From: Bacteroidales bacterium UBA1374
GTDB taxonomy: Bacteria; Bacteroidota; Bacteroidia; Bacteroidales; UBA932
Length of the DNA stretch: 64,000 bases
Assembly (NCBI GenBank): GCA_002305545.1
Contig: DBRG01000023.1
Location: 132,994 to 196,993 of the forward strand
Direction of reading: 5' to 3'
Within the stretch, counting starts at the first letter, position 1. Every line of letters starts with the position of its first letter. The position numbers and the translations under genes were made by a program. Positions 27,950-38,258 of the stretch are shown here, piece by piece. The notes below the pieces were generated by a model. It was not told where the DNA came from. It ran no database searches and saw only the letters and a program-made list of their open reading frames with translations.

Positions 27950-28987
27950 ATGACTGAGTATACCTATATGCCGGAAGTACGGCGCGTTTTCAGTTGTACC
28001 GTTCCCAACGCCAATATCAGGCAGGTATTCCTGGTGGACGGGATCTTGCAGGAACCCGGATCTGATTCAGGCGGGATCGTGTTGCAAAAAGGACCGGACC
28101 AGTTGGGCCTGCGGTTGCATATCACCGGGGATCATTCAGATGAACCCATACAGATTATCAGTGTGCGCAGTGAAGACCTTCCGCAACCCCTTGAATTTTC
28201 AAATTCCTGGGAGCTGGCTGCAGGCGCTTCTGCACAGATCATAGTCTGTGATCACACCCTGAATGAATACCTGTACAGGACTTTCCGTTTTTCACAGATA
28301 ACACTGGGGCAGGGAGCCAGACTGGATATTCTTTTCATGCAGAATGAACACGAACATTCCAGGTACTGGCTTGACATCAAGGCCAATCTTGCAAAAGACT
28401 CACAACTTGATTGCCACATCCTGAGTCTTTACGGAGGGACCATACAAAACAAGGTACAGGTGAATATGCCACAGCCGGGAGCCACGTGCAACCTGGATGG
28501 ACTTTATCTTGCCGACAGAGAACAGGAGATTCAGTATGACATAACCGTACGTCACGATAGCGCAGGCTGCAACTCACAACAGCTGTTCAAGGGGATTCTG
28601 GACAACAAGGCCAGAGCTTATTTCAACGGGGCCATATACGTCTCTCCCGGGGCGCAGAAGACCGAAGCCTACCAGGCCAATCACAACCTGCTTCTGACCC
28701 GTGAAGCCAAGATCACCACCAAACCACAACTTGAAATCTATGCAGACGACGTAAAATGTTCGCACGGGGCAACCATTGGACGCCTGGATGAACTGGGTCT
28801 TTTTTATCTGCGGTCGAGGGGAATATCACTGGCCGAAGCGCAAATGCTCCAGCAGATGGCTTTTGTCCAGGATGTACTGGACCGGGTGCACACCCAGCCT
28901 ATACGTTCAAGATTGGAAAAAATGGTAGAAAGCAGGTTGCGTGGCGAATTCACAAGATGTTCACATTGCACCATGCATTGTTGTTAA
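27950..28987 (+). CDS. sufD: Fe-S cluster assembly protein SufD
   Basis: The SufB/SufD beta-helix C-terminal pattern is present (KPQLEIYADDVKCSHGATIGRLDE). It sits directly after sufC. Confidence 0.9.
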   Translation: MTEYTYMPEVRRVFSCTVPNANIRQVFLVDGILQEPGSDSGGIVLQKGPDQLGLRLHITGDHSDEPIQIISVRSEDLPQPLEFSNSWELAAGASAQIIVCDHTLNEYLYRTFRFSQITLGQGARLDILFMQNEHEHSRYWLDIKANLAKDSQLDCHILSLYGGTIQNKVQVNMPQPGATCNLDGLYLADREQEIQYDITVRHDSAGCNSQQLFKGILDNKARAYFNGAIYVSPGAQKTEAYQANHNLLLTREAKITTKPQLEIYADDVKCSHGATIGRLDELGLFYLRSRGISLAEAQMLQQMAFVQDVLDRVHTQPIRSRLEKMVESRLRGEFTRCSHCTMHCC

Positions 28988-29106
28988 AAATTTTGTGCAT
29001 ATCTTTTCACATGCTCTCTGTCAATCAAGAAACGTTTGAACTAACTTGCAATTCCCTTTTCCACTGAGGAAAAAAGATAATTAGTAACCTTCTTATTTAT
29101 AGCGTG

Positions 29107-31656
29107 ATGGATTCTGAAGCAAAGAATGCTAAGGCAATTTTTCCCTACGAGGAAGCATTGGCAAAAACAATGGAGTATTTCAACGGAGATGACCTGGCTG
29201 CCTCGGTATGGATAAACAAATATGCCATGAAAGACTCTTTTGGGAACCTTTACGAATGCACACCCAAAGACATGCACCGGAGGTTGGCCCGTGAGTTTGC
29301 CAGGATAGAAAAAAAATATCCGAATCCAATGAATGAAGAAAATATTTTTCATTTGCTGGACCATTTCAGATACGTTATTCCACAGGGAGGACCCATGTCC
29401 GGCATCGGGAATGATCACCAGATAGCTTCCCTGTCCAATTGTTTTGTAATAGGCCACGAAAAACCCGCTGACTCTTACGGGGGAATCCTCAAAATAGACG
29501 AAGAACAAGTACAGCTGATGAAGCGCCGCGGGGGTGTTGGTCACGATCTGTCCCACATCCGCCCCGGGGGTTCTCCGGTGCTGAACTCGGCCCTGACATC
29601 AACAGGAGTGGTCCCCTTTATGGAAAGGTATTCCAACTCAACAAGGGAGGTAGCCCAGGACGGAAGGCGCGGAGCATTGATGCTGTCCATCTCGATCAAG
29701 CACCCCGATGCAGAACAGTTCATAGATGCCAAGCTGGAACAGAACAAGGTAACAGGAGCCAATGTGTCTGTTAAAATTGATGACGGATTCATGCAGGCGG
29801 CGTTGTCGGGCAAGCCATATATCCAGCAGTACCCTGTTGATGCGGTAAATCCCAAGTACAAAAAAGAAATAGACGCGTCGGCCCTGTGGAAAAAGATTAT
29901 TCGCAACGCCTGGAAATCGGCAGAGCCCGGCGTGTTGTTCTGGGATACGATCCTTCGTGAATCGGTGGCCGACTGCTATGCAGATCTGGGCTACAGGACG
30001 GTGAGCACCAACCCCTGCGGGGAAATTCCGTTGTGTCCCTATGACTCCTGCCGGCTGATAGCCATTAATCTGTATTCCTATGTGGAAAAACCATTTACCC
30101 CCGAGGCAAGGTTTAATGTGTCCCTTTTCAAGGAGCACGTGATTAAGGCCATGAGGCTGAATGACGACCTGGTGGACCTGGAAATGGAAAAGATAGACCG
30201 GATCATTGAAAAGCTCGATAAGGATCCTGAAGAAGAAGTAATTAAAAGGACCGAACGGGAATTGTGGCTCAAGATCAAGGAAAAAACATTGGGTGGAAGG
30301 CGTACCGGCTTAGGTATCACAGCGGAAGGAGACATGCTGGCCGCCCTGGGCCTGCGCTACGGGTCGGAGGAAGCCATCCAGACCGGCGTACAGGTACAAA
30401 AAACACTGGCACTGTCAGCTTACCGCTCATCGGTCATCATGGCCCAGGAAAGGGGACCATTTCCCCTGTATGAGGCCAACAGAGAGTTGCGCAATCCCAT
30501 GATAGAACGCATACGCCAGGAAGACGAGGAATTGTACCAGCAGATGATTAAAACAGGAAGGCGCAATATATCCATGTTAACCATTGCCCCCACAGGGACC
30601 ACCAGCCTGATGACCCAAACAACAAGTGGAATAGAACAGGTCTTTATGCCTGTTTATCAGCGTCGTAAAAAGGTTAATCCAAATGATAAGAACGCGAACA
30701 TATCCTTTACCGATAAACTGGGAGATGCCTTTGAAGAATATAACGTATTCCACCACAAATTCCTTGATTGGGCACAGATCAACGGTTATGACAGGAAAAA
30801 AGTCATGCGGATGGATAAGGATGCCTTGCAGGAACTGGTTCAGGAATCACCCTATTACAAAGCAACCTCAAATGATGTGGATTGGGTTGCCAAGGTTAAG
30901 ATGCAGGGCCAGTTGCAGAAATGGGTGGATCATTCCATTAGCGTTACCGTAAACCTGCCCGCCGACATTTCGGAGGAAATGGTGGCCAAGGTTTACAAAA
31001 CCGCCTGGGAATGGGGCTGCAAAGGCATAACGGTGTACCGGGACGGAAGCCGTACTGGAGTCCTGGTTGCCGCTGATTCTCCGGAGAAAGGCGGAAAACT
31101 CATGAAATCAATGCCCAAAGAGCGGCCGGTAGAACTGGAAGCAGAAGTTATCCGGTTCAAAAATGCCAACGAACAATGGATCGCATTCGTGGGGCTGTAT
31201 GAAGGAAGGCCATACGAAATCTTTACAGGTAAACTGGACGAGGACACCCGGGTCATTCCCAAATCAATCACGATGGGAAAGGTTATCAAGGTTGTAGAGC
31301 CTAAAGGATCCCGCTACGATTTCAGCTTTATTGACAAATACGGCTATCCCAACACGGTTGGAGGCATTTCTCACATGTTCAACCAGGCTTACTGGAATTA
31401 TGCCAAATTGATATCAGGTGTCTTACGCAACGGCCTTCCGGTAGAAGAGGTGGTGCACCTGGTTTCTTCACTGGAACTGGACAGTCAGACGATCAACAAT
31501 TGGCGGACCGGCGTAGAAAGAGCCCTCAAGAGGTATATCCCCAACGGGACAAAGGATTCCTCCGGTACTGAATGTGAAAAGTGCGGTGCAGGTAACCTGA
31601 TATACCAGGAAGGCTGCCTTTTATGCATGAGTTGCGGGTATTCAAAATGCAGTTAA
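29107..31656 (+). CDS. nrdJ: Adenosylcobalamin-dependent (class II) ribonucleotide reductase
   Basis: The ~850-aa product has the N-terminal pattern WINKYAMKD, LSNCFV, the active-site region STNPCGEIPL, and a Cys-rich C-terminal tail CEKCGAGNLIYQEGCLLCMSCGYSKC. Confidence 0.85.
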   Translation: MDSEAKNAKAIFPYEEALAKTMEYFNGDDLAASVWINKYAMKDSFGNLYECTPKDMHRRLAREFARIEKKYPNPMNEENIFHLLDHFRYVIPQGGPMSGIGNDHQIASLSNCFVIGHEKPADSYGGILKIDEEQVQLMKRRGGVGHDLSHIRPGGSPVLNSALTSTGVVPFMERYSNSTREVAQDGRRGALMLSISIKHPDAEQFIDAKLEQNKVTGANVSVKIDDGFMQAALSGKPYIQQYPVDAVNPKYKKEIDASALWKKIIRNAWKSAEPGVLFWDTILRESVADCYADLGYRTVSTNPCGEIPLCPYDSCRLIAINLYSYVEKPFTPEARFNVSLFKEHVIKAMRLNDDLVDLEMEKIDRIIEKLDKDPEEEVIKRTERELWLKIKEKTLGGRRTGLGITAEGDMLAALGLRYGSEEAIQTGVQVQKTLALSAYRSSVIMAQERGPFPLYEANRELRNPMIERIRQEDEELYQQMIKTGRRNISMLTIAPTGTTSLMTQTTSGIEQVFMPVYQRRKKVNPNDKNANISFTDKLGDAFEEYNVFHHKFLDWAQINGYDRKKVMRMDKDALQELVQESPYYKATSNDVDWVAKVKMQGQLQKWVDHSISVTVNLPADISEEMVAKVYKTAWEWGCKGITVYRDGSRTGVLVAADSPEKGGKLMKSMPKERPVELEAEVIRFKNANEQWIAFVGLYEGRPYEIFTGKLDEDTRVIPKSITMGKVIKVVEPKGSRYDFSFIDKYGYPNTVGGISHMFNQAYWNYAKLISGVLRNGLPVEEVVHLVSSLELDSQTINNWRTGVERALKRYIPNGTKDSSGTECEKCGAGNLIYQEGCLLCMSCGYSKCS

Positions 31657-31666
31657 AAGCTTCTTC

Positions 31667-32449
31667 ATGGCCACTACCGTAGCATATCCTTTTGCCAAGA
31701 TAAACCTGGGATTGCACGTGCTTGAAAAACGGGCAGACGGTTACCACAACATTGAAACACTTTTTGCCCCGCACCCCCTGTGCGATATCCTGGAAATAAC
31801 CGATGCTCCGGGTGCACAACAAGATGTGCAACTGTTTCTTTACGGGCTTCCGGTCCCCGGGCCCCTGTCATCCAATCTTTGCATTACAGCTTACCGCCTG
31901 CTTTCAGCACATTACAAGCTCTCTCCTGTAAAGATTCATCTTTACAAGCAGATCCCTCCGGGGTCAGGCCTGGGAGGGGGGTCCTCTGACGGGGCTGTAT
32001 GTCTTCAGGTCCTGAACAAGCATTTTGCTTTGGGTTTGAGCCTGAGGGAGTTGATGCCTTATGCCCTGCAGATGGGCAGTGATGTTCCTTTCTTTATCCA
32101 GCCGCCACCCGCCATGCCTTACCTGGCCTCCGGAAAGGGGGATGTGTTGGAACCTTTTGCCATTGATCTGAGTCCTTACCGTATCGAATTGCGCTTCCCT
32201 CCCTTATTTATTTCCACTGCCGAGGCTTATGCATCGGTAAATCCACAGAACAACCGGGTGCCTTTGCGTGACCTTTTGCTTCAACCTGTTGATAAATGGC
32301 GGTATACTATCGGAAATGATTTTGAAAAATTTGTCTTTCAGAAATACCCCCAGACAAGTCAATATAAACAGGCCCTTTATGAGGAAGGGGCGGTCTATGC
32401 CTCTATGACAGGAAGCGGATCTGCATTTTTTGGCCTTTTCAAAATTTAG
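31667..32449 (+). CDS. ispE: 4-diphosphocytidyl-2-C-methyl-D-erythritol kinase
   Basis: The N-terminus AKINLGLHV and the GHMP kinase motif PPGSGLGGGSSDGA are present. Confidence 0.9.
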   Translation: MATTVAYPFAKINLGLHVLEKRADGYHNIETLFAPHPLCDILEITDAPGAQQDVQLFLYGLPVPGPLSSNLCITAYRLLSAHYKLSPVKIHLYKQIPPGSGLGGGSSDGAVCLQVLNKHFALGLSLRELMPYALQMGSDVPFFIQPPPAMPYLASGKGDVLEPFAIDLSPYRIELRFPPLFISTAEAYASVNPQNNRVPLRDLLLQPVDKWRYTIGNDFEKFVFQKYPQTSQYKQALYEEGAVYASMTGSGSAFFGLFKI

Positions 32450-32482
32450 GATTTCGGATTTGTTCTTATATTTACGGCAAAT

Positions 32483-33124
32483 ATGGGATTGTACTATCAA
32501 GAACAATTTAAGAACGGGGCGCAAATTGTTGTCTGGGAAATCACCGAAACCGAGGAACAATTACAGGAAATTTGCACTCTTCCCAATGAAGAACAGGAAG
32601 AGCTCTCCTACATCACAAATCCCCAGCGCCGGCTGGAGCGTCTTGCCGTCCGGGCCATTCTTCACCACATATTCCAGGAAAAGGTATACCTGGGCTATCA
32701 TGAAAACGGAAGGCCGTTTCTACAAAACTCCATTGTAGAACTGAGCATAGCCCATACACGACGTTTTGCGTGCGTTCTGACACACCCGGAAAACAGCGTG
32801 GGGATTGATATTGAATCACTTGGCCGCAATTTTAACGCAGTTGAAAAAAAAGCCGTCAGAGAATCTGAAAAGGAGTTCCTTTCGGAAAGGCCCGAGGTCC
32901 GTCAACAGCAGCTGGCCTTAATATGGTGTGTCAAAGAAGCCTTGTTCAAATATATGTCGCAGCCCGATGTGGATTACGTTGAACAAATGGAAGTTGACAG
33001 ATTCACCCCCAGGGAATCAGGCGAAATAGACGCCGTTTTTTATCAAAAGGATGGCTATAAAGAGGCGTTCACCCTTGAATACAAAATATTGGACGACCAC
33101 GTCATGGTGTGGTTGGTTGGTTGA
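32483..33124 (+). CDS. 4'-phosphopantetheinyl transferase (Sfp/EntD type)
   Basis: Motifs GRPFL, SIAHTRRFA, GIDIE and WCVKEALFK are present. Confidence 0.85.
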   Translation: MGLYYQEQFKNGAQIVVWEITETEEQLQEICTLPNEEQEELSYITNPQRRLERLAVRAILHHIFQEKVYLGYHENGRPFLQNSIVELSIAHTRRFACVLTHPENSVGIDIESLGRNFNAVEKKAVRESEKEFLSERPEVRQQQLALIWCVKEALFKYMSQPDVDYVEQMEVDRFTPRESGEIDAVFYQKDGYKEAFTLEYKILDDHVMVWLVG

Positions 33125-34037
33125 ACCGCACCATATACTTTTCTGCAAAAAAAGCCGGACGGTAACTCATCTTGGCATTGCGTAGCCCCATATCTCCTGA
33201 ATCATCCTCCCGGTTGATATATTCCACGTGCGGATACTTCTCCATTGCATAACGGACAAAGAGCAGGTTAACCGCCTGGTAGGCGCCCCTGAATTCGGGG
33301 AATGCCTTTTCCACGTGGACCAGCCAGGTGTTTTTGGTCAATAATTCCCCCAGGGTATAGGCAATTATTTTTCCTTCTATCAGCACCATTAAACCCTCCA
33401 ATCCCAATTCCTCAAAACCACTGAAAGCCCTTCGTACGGCGCAGGCCTCCTGTCCTAGCCCCACATCCTGGTTGCAGCCCATGAGCCGGCACCATGCATC
33501 ATTCATTTCAAGACAGGCAGGGATGTTTTCCGGCGTAATATTCCGGGACTCATAGCCCGGATATGCATTAATAAAAGCGTTCAGGTGATTCCTTTTAGTC
33601 TGGTATTTCTTTCCCTGCAAATGGGCCAGATCAGAGGCATGGTAAAGGTAGTCGTAGGAATCCCGCAGAGGTTGCACGTCAACGGGAACAGCAGTTATGG
33701 CGGCCAGCTGACCGGCTTCTTCTTCAGAAAGCGCACCAACTATGAAAGGGACATCGCCCGATACTGCATACAGGGCTTTCAGGGCAGTATCCGCTGCAAC
33801 GGGGCCGTTCAGGCTCATTGGATATAAAAAATGAAAAGGTTCCGCAATATCCCTGCGGCTTCTTATCAACAGCAGCCGGTCCTGGCAGCAGGGTATGATC
33901 CGGAAATCCGTATGGTATATTCCGGACCACATATACAAGGTGGCAAAGCTGTATTCATTGGCCGCTTTGCCTGCTTTAAGCAGATACGGCTTAATAATAT
34001 CCTGATCGTTTAGGGTAAGGGGAGTGAAAGAGTCCAT
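33102..34037 (-). CDS. DUF2156 protein (stand-alone homolog of the MprF aminoacyl-lipid synthase C-terminal domain)
   Basis: The N-terminal pattern is NEYSFATLYMW. Length is ~310 aa with a tandem GNAT-like layout. This is a family call from motif memory only. Confidence 0.65.
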   Translation of the reverse strand: MDSFTPLTLNDQDIIKPYLLKAGKAANEYSFATLYMWSGIYHTDFRIIPCCQDRLLLIRSRRDIAEPFHFLYPMSLNGPVAADTALKALYAVSGDVPFIVGALSEEEAGQLAAITAVPVDVQPLRDSYDYLYHASDLAHLQGKKYQTKRNHLNAFINAYPGYESRNITPENIPACLEMNDAWCRLMGCNQDVGLGQEACAVRRAFSGFEELGLEGLMVLIEGKIIAYTLGELLTKNTWLVHVEKAFPEFRGAYQAVNLLFVRYAMEKYPHVEYINREDDSGDMGLRNAKMSYRPAFFAEKYMVRFNQPTTP

Positions 34038-34043
34038 AAAAAA

Positions 34044-35501
34044 TTATTCGTTCAGCCAGGATTCCAGTTCCTTCTGCAATGCTTCTTTCATAGATTCAGG
34101 CAGGGTGGCAATTCGGGCACGGTGGCTCCCGCCGGGTTGCACATAGTACAACACATTGGGTTTTCCCGGGTCAGGAACGGCAGCAGCCGTCCACGGGTCC
34201 CATTCACCATATATGAATACCAGGCGGGCATCGGTTTTTTTCACAAAATCACGTTGCAACCGGTACATGGATCTATTAAAAAGCGGTTTGTAGAAATCGG
34301 GTAAGAAAAGGTCTTTCAGATAACGGTTTGCAGTTTTAAGCTCCATGGCGGGATACTTCTTAGTAACCCATTCTCCGGCAGGTTCTTTCCGGACTGAATC
34401 CTTTGCCCGAACTGCCTCTTGGCCGGGTTCCTTTTGTTTGCCAAACAGGCTTTTCTTTTCTTTTTCAGGGACAAAGCGCGTGCGGGGTGTTTTGAACCGG
34501 AAAGGCTTTGTGTCATAACCGTAATAGCCCAGTTCGCGCGCTGCCTGTATGAAAAAGGGCATGGTAGGTGAATCCCTGACAAAATAATCCGGAGAAGCGA
34601 TTTTTAACAGGTGGGCAAAAAGAACCGTGTCCTGAGCCTGCAGGTCCGGGATCGTTTCCGGATCTGTTCCCCATTGCCAGAAGGCAAAGGAATATTCCAG
34701 AACGCAGTAGTCAAATATTTCGTTCACAGGCCGGGTAAAGTGAAGTCCAGTCGTATCGCAGAATTTTTCGAAGAGCGGCATAAGGCTGTCCCTGCGGACT
34801 AAAACTTCTTTCTGAAATTCCAGCACCTTCCTGCGGGCTTCAGGCGTTCCTGCCTTATTGGCAATGAAAGGCTCGTGTCTTCCGTCCTCCACTCCCTGAC
34901 AAAGTGGGGCGACGTAGCAGACGGTTATATCCACATCATCGGGATACAGGGTCCGGTACATCAGTGCGGTCTGCCCTCCTTTGCTTATCCCTGTGGCAAT
35001 CCATTTGCCGGGATAGAGGGCTGCCAGGTTTTCCCGGATCTTATGCAAGTCCGTCATGGCTGACTGAACATCAAGAAATTCCCACATGCGCGGAGAGGGG
35101 ACAGATTCACCAAAAAAACGGTGTTCCACAACAATCAGATTGGCATTCAGCAGTCGGGACAATTCTTCCCTGTATCCCGGCCTGGCGGCATATCCGGCGT
35201 CATAGCCTTCTGTCACAAATATTGTGGGACGATCATACCCGGCGTGCATAATGAAAACCCGTTGCTCAAACAAGCCGTATACAATGTCATCATGGTTAAC
35301 CATCTGGCGCATGCGAATGCGGAATTTCTCTTCAAATTCAGTGCTTTCGAGCCTGAAAACCTCGGTCACACCATCAATGGCTGATAGTTGCATTTCAAGA
35401 TTGGTGCGCGGCGTGTGCAAGGTTTGAGAAAAAGCAGGTGGGAGGTTGGCAATGAAGGCCAGCAGCAGGGCCAGAATGATAATTGATTTAGCAGGTTTCA
35501 T
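34044..35501 (-). CDS. Secreted S28-family serine peptidase (alpha/beta hydrolase)
   Basis: It has a signal peptide, an EHRFFGES motif typical of S28, and the nucleophile-elbow-like GISKGG. Confidence 0.7.
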   Translation of the reverse strand: MKPAKSIIILALLLAFIANLPPAFSQTLHTPRTNLEMQLSAIDGVTEVFRLESTEFEEKFRIRMRQMVNHDDIVYGLFEQRVFIMHAGYDRPTIFVTEGYDAGYAARPGYREELSRLLNANLIVVEHRFFGESVPSPRMWEFLDVQSAMTDLHKIRENLAALYPGKWIATGISKGGQTALMYRTLYPDDVDITVCYVAPLCQGVEDGRHEPFIANKAGTPEARRKVLEFQKEVLVRRDSLMPLFEKFCDTTGLHFTRPVNEIFDYCVLEYSFAFWQWGTDPETIPDLQAQDTVLFAHLLKIASPDYFVRDSPTMPFFIQAARELGYYGYDTKPFRFKTPRTRFVPEKEKKSLFGKQKEPGQEAVRAKDSVRKEPAGEWVTKKYPAMELKTANRYLKDLFLPDFYKPLFNRSMYRLQRDFVKKTDARLVFIYGEWDPWTAAAVPDPGKPNVLYYVQPGGSHRARIATLPESMKEALQKELESWLNE

Positions 35502-35512
35502 GAAGGATATGG

Positions 35513-36889
35513 TTATTTGTCAATCAAATGGTGGGACAATCCGGCGGGTCTGCAGAGAAAATCAGTTTCATATAAAACCTCCGGAAGTTGAATTCTGGTA
35601 TGGACATCAGGCGAGGCAGCCGGGCTCATTCCGGCCAGAGACAAAGCACGGGCCAGGAGGGCTTCACGCGGGTCTCCCAGGGGATAGACATCCCCCAGCA
35701 GTACGTCTTCTTCCCGGTAATCGGGAGTGAATCCGTCTTTGAAATCCGTAATGCCGAGCGAATTGGCATATTTATATACGATAGGTTGTGTTCCCCAGTT
35801 CTTTATCTGTGTGTCTTCCTCGGGGTGGAAAACCATGGCCGCGGTGTACTTCCCTCTTGTAACATCTCCCACCATAATCACATCCATATAAGGATCCAGG
35901 CCGCATATGGTCAGTTCGGACGCGCTGGCCGTATTATGTCCTGTCAGTATAAAAAGACGCGAGAGGTTAAGGTTGAGCGGGGTATCGGAAAGCTTGGGGA
36001 AGTATTCGTAAAGCATGTCACTGCGGTTATTGTCTTTCCAGTATTTCTGGTACAGGTCGTTCCAGGATTTGGTAATGAGTATGGTATTACCGTTCAGACA
36101 CCGGGCAGGACAAAGCACGCCTGCCAGCGCACTCGCCACACTCAGATATCCTCCCAGGTTGTACCTCAGATCCAGAACTACATCTGTAACGCCCTGATTT
36201 TTAAAGTCCTGAAAAACGGGAAAAAACAACTCCTGCGAACCTCCAAAGAAATCGGTATAGCAGATATAACCCACTTTTCTGGTTTGATCGGACAGGATTT
36301 TATGAGCAATTACCGGATTCAGGTTCTGCTTGCGTGCTGTTAAGGAAACGGCCCCGCTCTTGTATATGGTTCCGTTCCTGAGTTCACCCAGGGTAAGTTC
36401 CAGCGCGGGAGCATAGAAGAGGGTGGTGTAATTGTCTTTTGTTATGGGTTTTCCGCCGGCTTCTATAAAAATGGTGCCGCGTTGCACCCCGGCTTCAGCC
36501 GCAGGGGTCTGGGGATAAACATATTGGACAATGGCAAAATAATTCCCTGTATTGGAGAATGTGCCAAAGGCAAGGGAATATCCAAAGGTTGTTTCCACAC
36601 CCTCACCTCCCTCGAGCAAGGTCTGTACATCATCTGTAATGAACGACCAGCGGTCCTCGGCACGATAACACAACTTTTCAAAAAAAGCAAACTCATCGAA
36701 TTCGTAGCGTATGTCTAAAGTGTCTGGGATATGTTTTTCCCAGAGGTAAACTTCTTCCATCAATTCCAGCATATACTTGTTTACCTGCTGGGTTAGCAGC
36801 GGGGCTTCCTCCCGCTCTTCTTCCCCACACTTGTCGCAGGAAGTGAAAAGCGCCAGAAGCGTTGTGAGTAATAGCAGTCTCCTGATCAT
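35513..36889 (-). CDS. S41-family peptidase lipoprotein (PDZ + tail-specific protease domain)
   Basis: The lipobox is LFTSC. The PDZ-like region reads AAEAGVQRGTIFIEAGGKPI. S41 motifs are DLRYNLGG and TASASE. ATG 36889 is preferred over GTG 36907. Confidence 0.8.
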   Translation of the reverse strand: MIRRLLLLTTLLALFTSCDKCGEEEREEAPLLTQQVNKYMLELMEEVYLWEKHIPDTLDIRYEFDEFAFFEKLCYRAEDRWSFITDDVQTLLEGGEGVETTFGYSLAFGTFSNTGNYFAIVQYVYPQTPAAEAGVQRGTIFIEAGGKPITKDNYTTLFYAPALELTLGELRNGTIYKSGAVSLTARKQNLNPVIAHKILSDQTRKVGYICYTDFFGGSQELFFPVFQDFKNQGVTDVVLDLRYNLGGYLSVASALAGVLCPARCLNGNTILITKSWNDLYQKYWKDNNRSDMLYEYFPKLSDTPLNLNLSRLFILTGHNTASASELTICGLDPYMDVIMVGDVTRGKYTAAMVFHPEEDTQIKNWGTQPIVYKYANSLGITDFKDGFTPDYREEDVLLGDVYPLGDPREALLARALSLAGMSPAASPDVHTRIQLPEVLYETDFLCRPAGLSHHLIDK

Positions 36890-36929
36890 AAAAGTAAAAT
36901 AACCCACTAAAGTACAAATTTTTATTCTT

Positions 36930-36937
36930 TACCTTTG
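36930..36937 (+). promoter_or_regulatory. -7 promoter element TACCTTTG for tyrS
   Basis: Exact TAnnTTTG, 23 nt upstream of ATG 36961. Confidence 0.4.
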
Positions 36938-36960
36938 CACAAAACATACCAAGACAACGG

Positions 36961-38256
36961 ATGAAGAAGAATAATTTTATTGAAGAGCTTACCTGGAGGG
37001 GTATGATCCACGACATCATGCCGGGTACCGAAGATTTGCTCAACAAGGAAATGACCACGGCTTACGTGGGCATTGACCCGACAGCCGACTCGCTGCACAT
37101 AGGTCACCTGGTAAGCGTAATGATGCTGAAGCATTTTCAGGTAGCCGGACACAGACCCATTGCCCTCATAGGAGGAGCAACCGGGATGATAGGGGATCCG
37201 TCCATGAAATCATCTGAGAGAAACCTTCTTGACGAAAATACGTTGCATCACAACCAGGAATGCATCAGGAAGCAATTGGTACGCTTTCTGGATTTTGACC
37301 AGACCAGACGCAACGGAGCCCTTTTGCTCAACAACTATGAATGGACCAAAGACTATACGTTCCTGAATTTTATACGGGACATAGGAAAGCATATTACCGT
37401 CAATTACATGATGAGCAAGGATTCTGTCCGTAAAAGACTATCGGGAGAAGATGCGGAAGGGATGTCCTTCACCGAATTCAGCTACCAGCTTCTGCAGGGG
37501 TATGACTATCTGCATTTATACAGGCATTACGGGTGCAAATTGCAGATGGGCGGATCGGACCAGTGGGGCAATATCACTACCGGCGCCGAACTGATCAGGA
37601 GAAAGGAAGGAGGAGAATGCTTTGCCCTGACATGTCCCCTGATCACCAAAGCGGACGGAGGAAAGTTTGGCAAAACCGAATCAGGAAATGTGTGGCTTGA
37701 TCCGGAAAAGACCACTCCCTATGCGTTCTATCAGTTCTGGATGAACGTTGGCGATGAGGATGCAGAAAAATATATAAAAATATTCACCCTTCTCGGCAGA
37801 GAAACCATAGAAAAGCACATAGAAGCCCATAGGGAAGAACCTCATAAGAGGTTATTGCAAAGCGTTTTAGCGGAATATGTAACAAAAATGGTTCATGGAG
37901 AAGAAGAATATAACAAATCTGTTATAGCTTCCAGGATTTTGTTTGGTGGCGGGACAAAGGAACAACTTATAGTCATGGACGAAGGAACTTTTCTGTCGGT
38001 TTTTGACGGAGTCCCTCAATTTGAATTGTCTGAAAGTGAACTTCCCATGACCGTGACCGATTTACTGGCAGTCCGGACATCTGTTCTGACTTCGAAGGGA
38101 GAATGCAGGAAACTGATCCAGGGTGGCGGCCTGAGCCTGAACAAGGAAAAAGTTGATTCTGCAGATATGGTTGTCAACCGGTCCATGCTTATCCAGGGAA
38201 AATACCTGCTGGTACAGAAAGGGAAAAAGAATTACTTTATTATTAAAGTCTATTGA
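36961..38256 (+). CDS. tyrS: Tyrosine--tRNA ligase
   Basis: The HIGH motif (LHIGHL), the KMSKS-like KFGKT and a C-terminal S4-like domain are present. Confidence 0.96.
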   Translation: MKKNNFIEELTWRGMIHDIMPGTEDLLNKEMTTAYVGIDPTADSLHIGHLVSVMMLKHFQVAGHRPIALIGGATGMIGDPSMKSSERNLLDENTLHHNQECIRKQLVRFLDFDQTRRNGALLLNNYEWTKDYTFLNFIRDIGKHITVNYMMSKDSVRKRLSGEDAEGMSFTEFSYQLLQGYDYLHLYRHYGCKLQMGGSDQWGNITTGAELIRRKEGGECFALTCPLITKADGGKFGKTESGNVWLDPEKTTPYAFYQFWMNVGDEDAEKYIKIFTLLGRETIEKHIEAHREEPHKRLLQSVLAEYVTKMVHGEEEYNKSVIASRILFGGGTKEQLIVMDEGTFLSVFDGVPQFELSESELPMTVTDLLAVRTSVLTSKGECRKLIQGGGLSLNKEKVDSADMVVNRSMLIQGKYLLVQKGKKNYFIIKVY

Positions 38257-38258
38257 TT

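Noticed and set aside
28988-29106. Cobalamin riboswitch or NrdR box upstream of nrdJ
   Set aside because: The spacer is only ~119 nt, too short for a B12 riboswitch, and lacks a B12-box-like core. The tgtgcatatcttttcaca segment has palindromic ends only and does not match the ACAC...GTGT NrdR-box layout.
35588-36343. 251-aa ORF on the plus strand
   Set aside because: It is antisense to the S41 peptidase gene, which has clear PDZ and S41 motifs. It has no motifs of its own. It is a shadow ORF.
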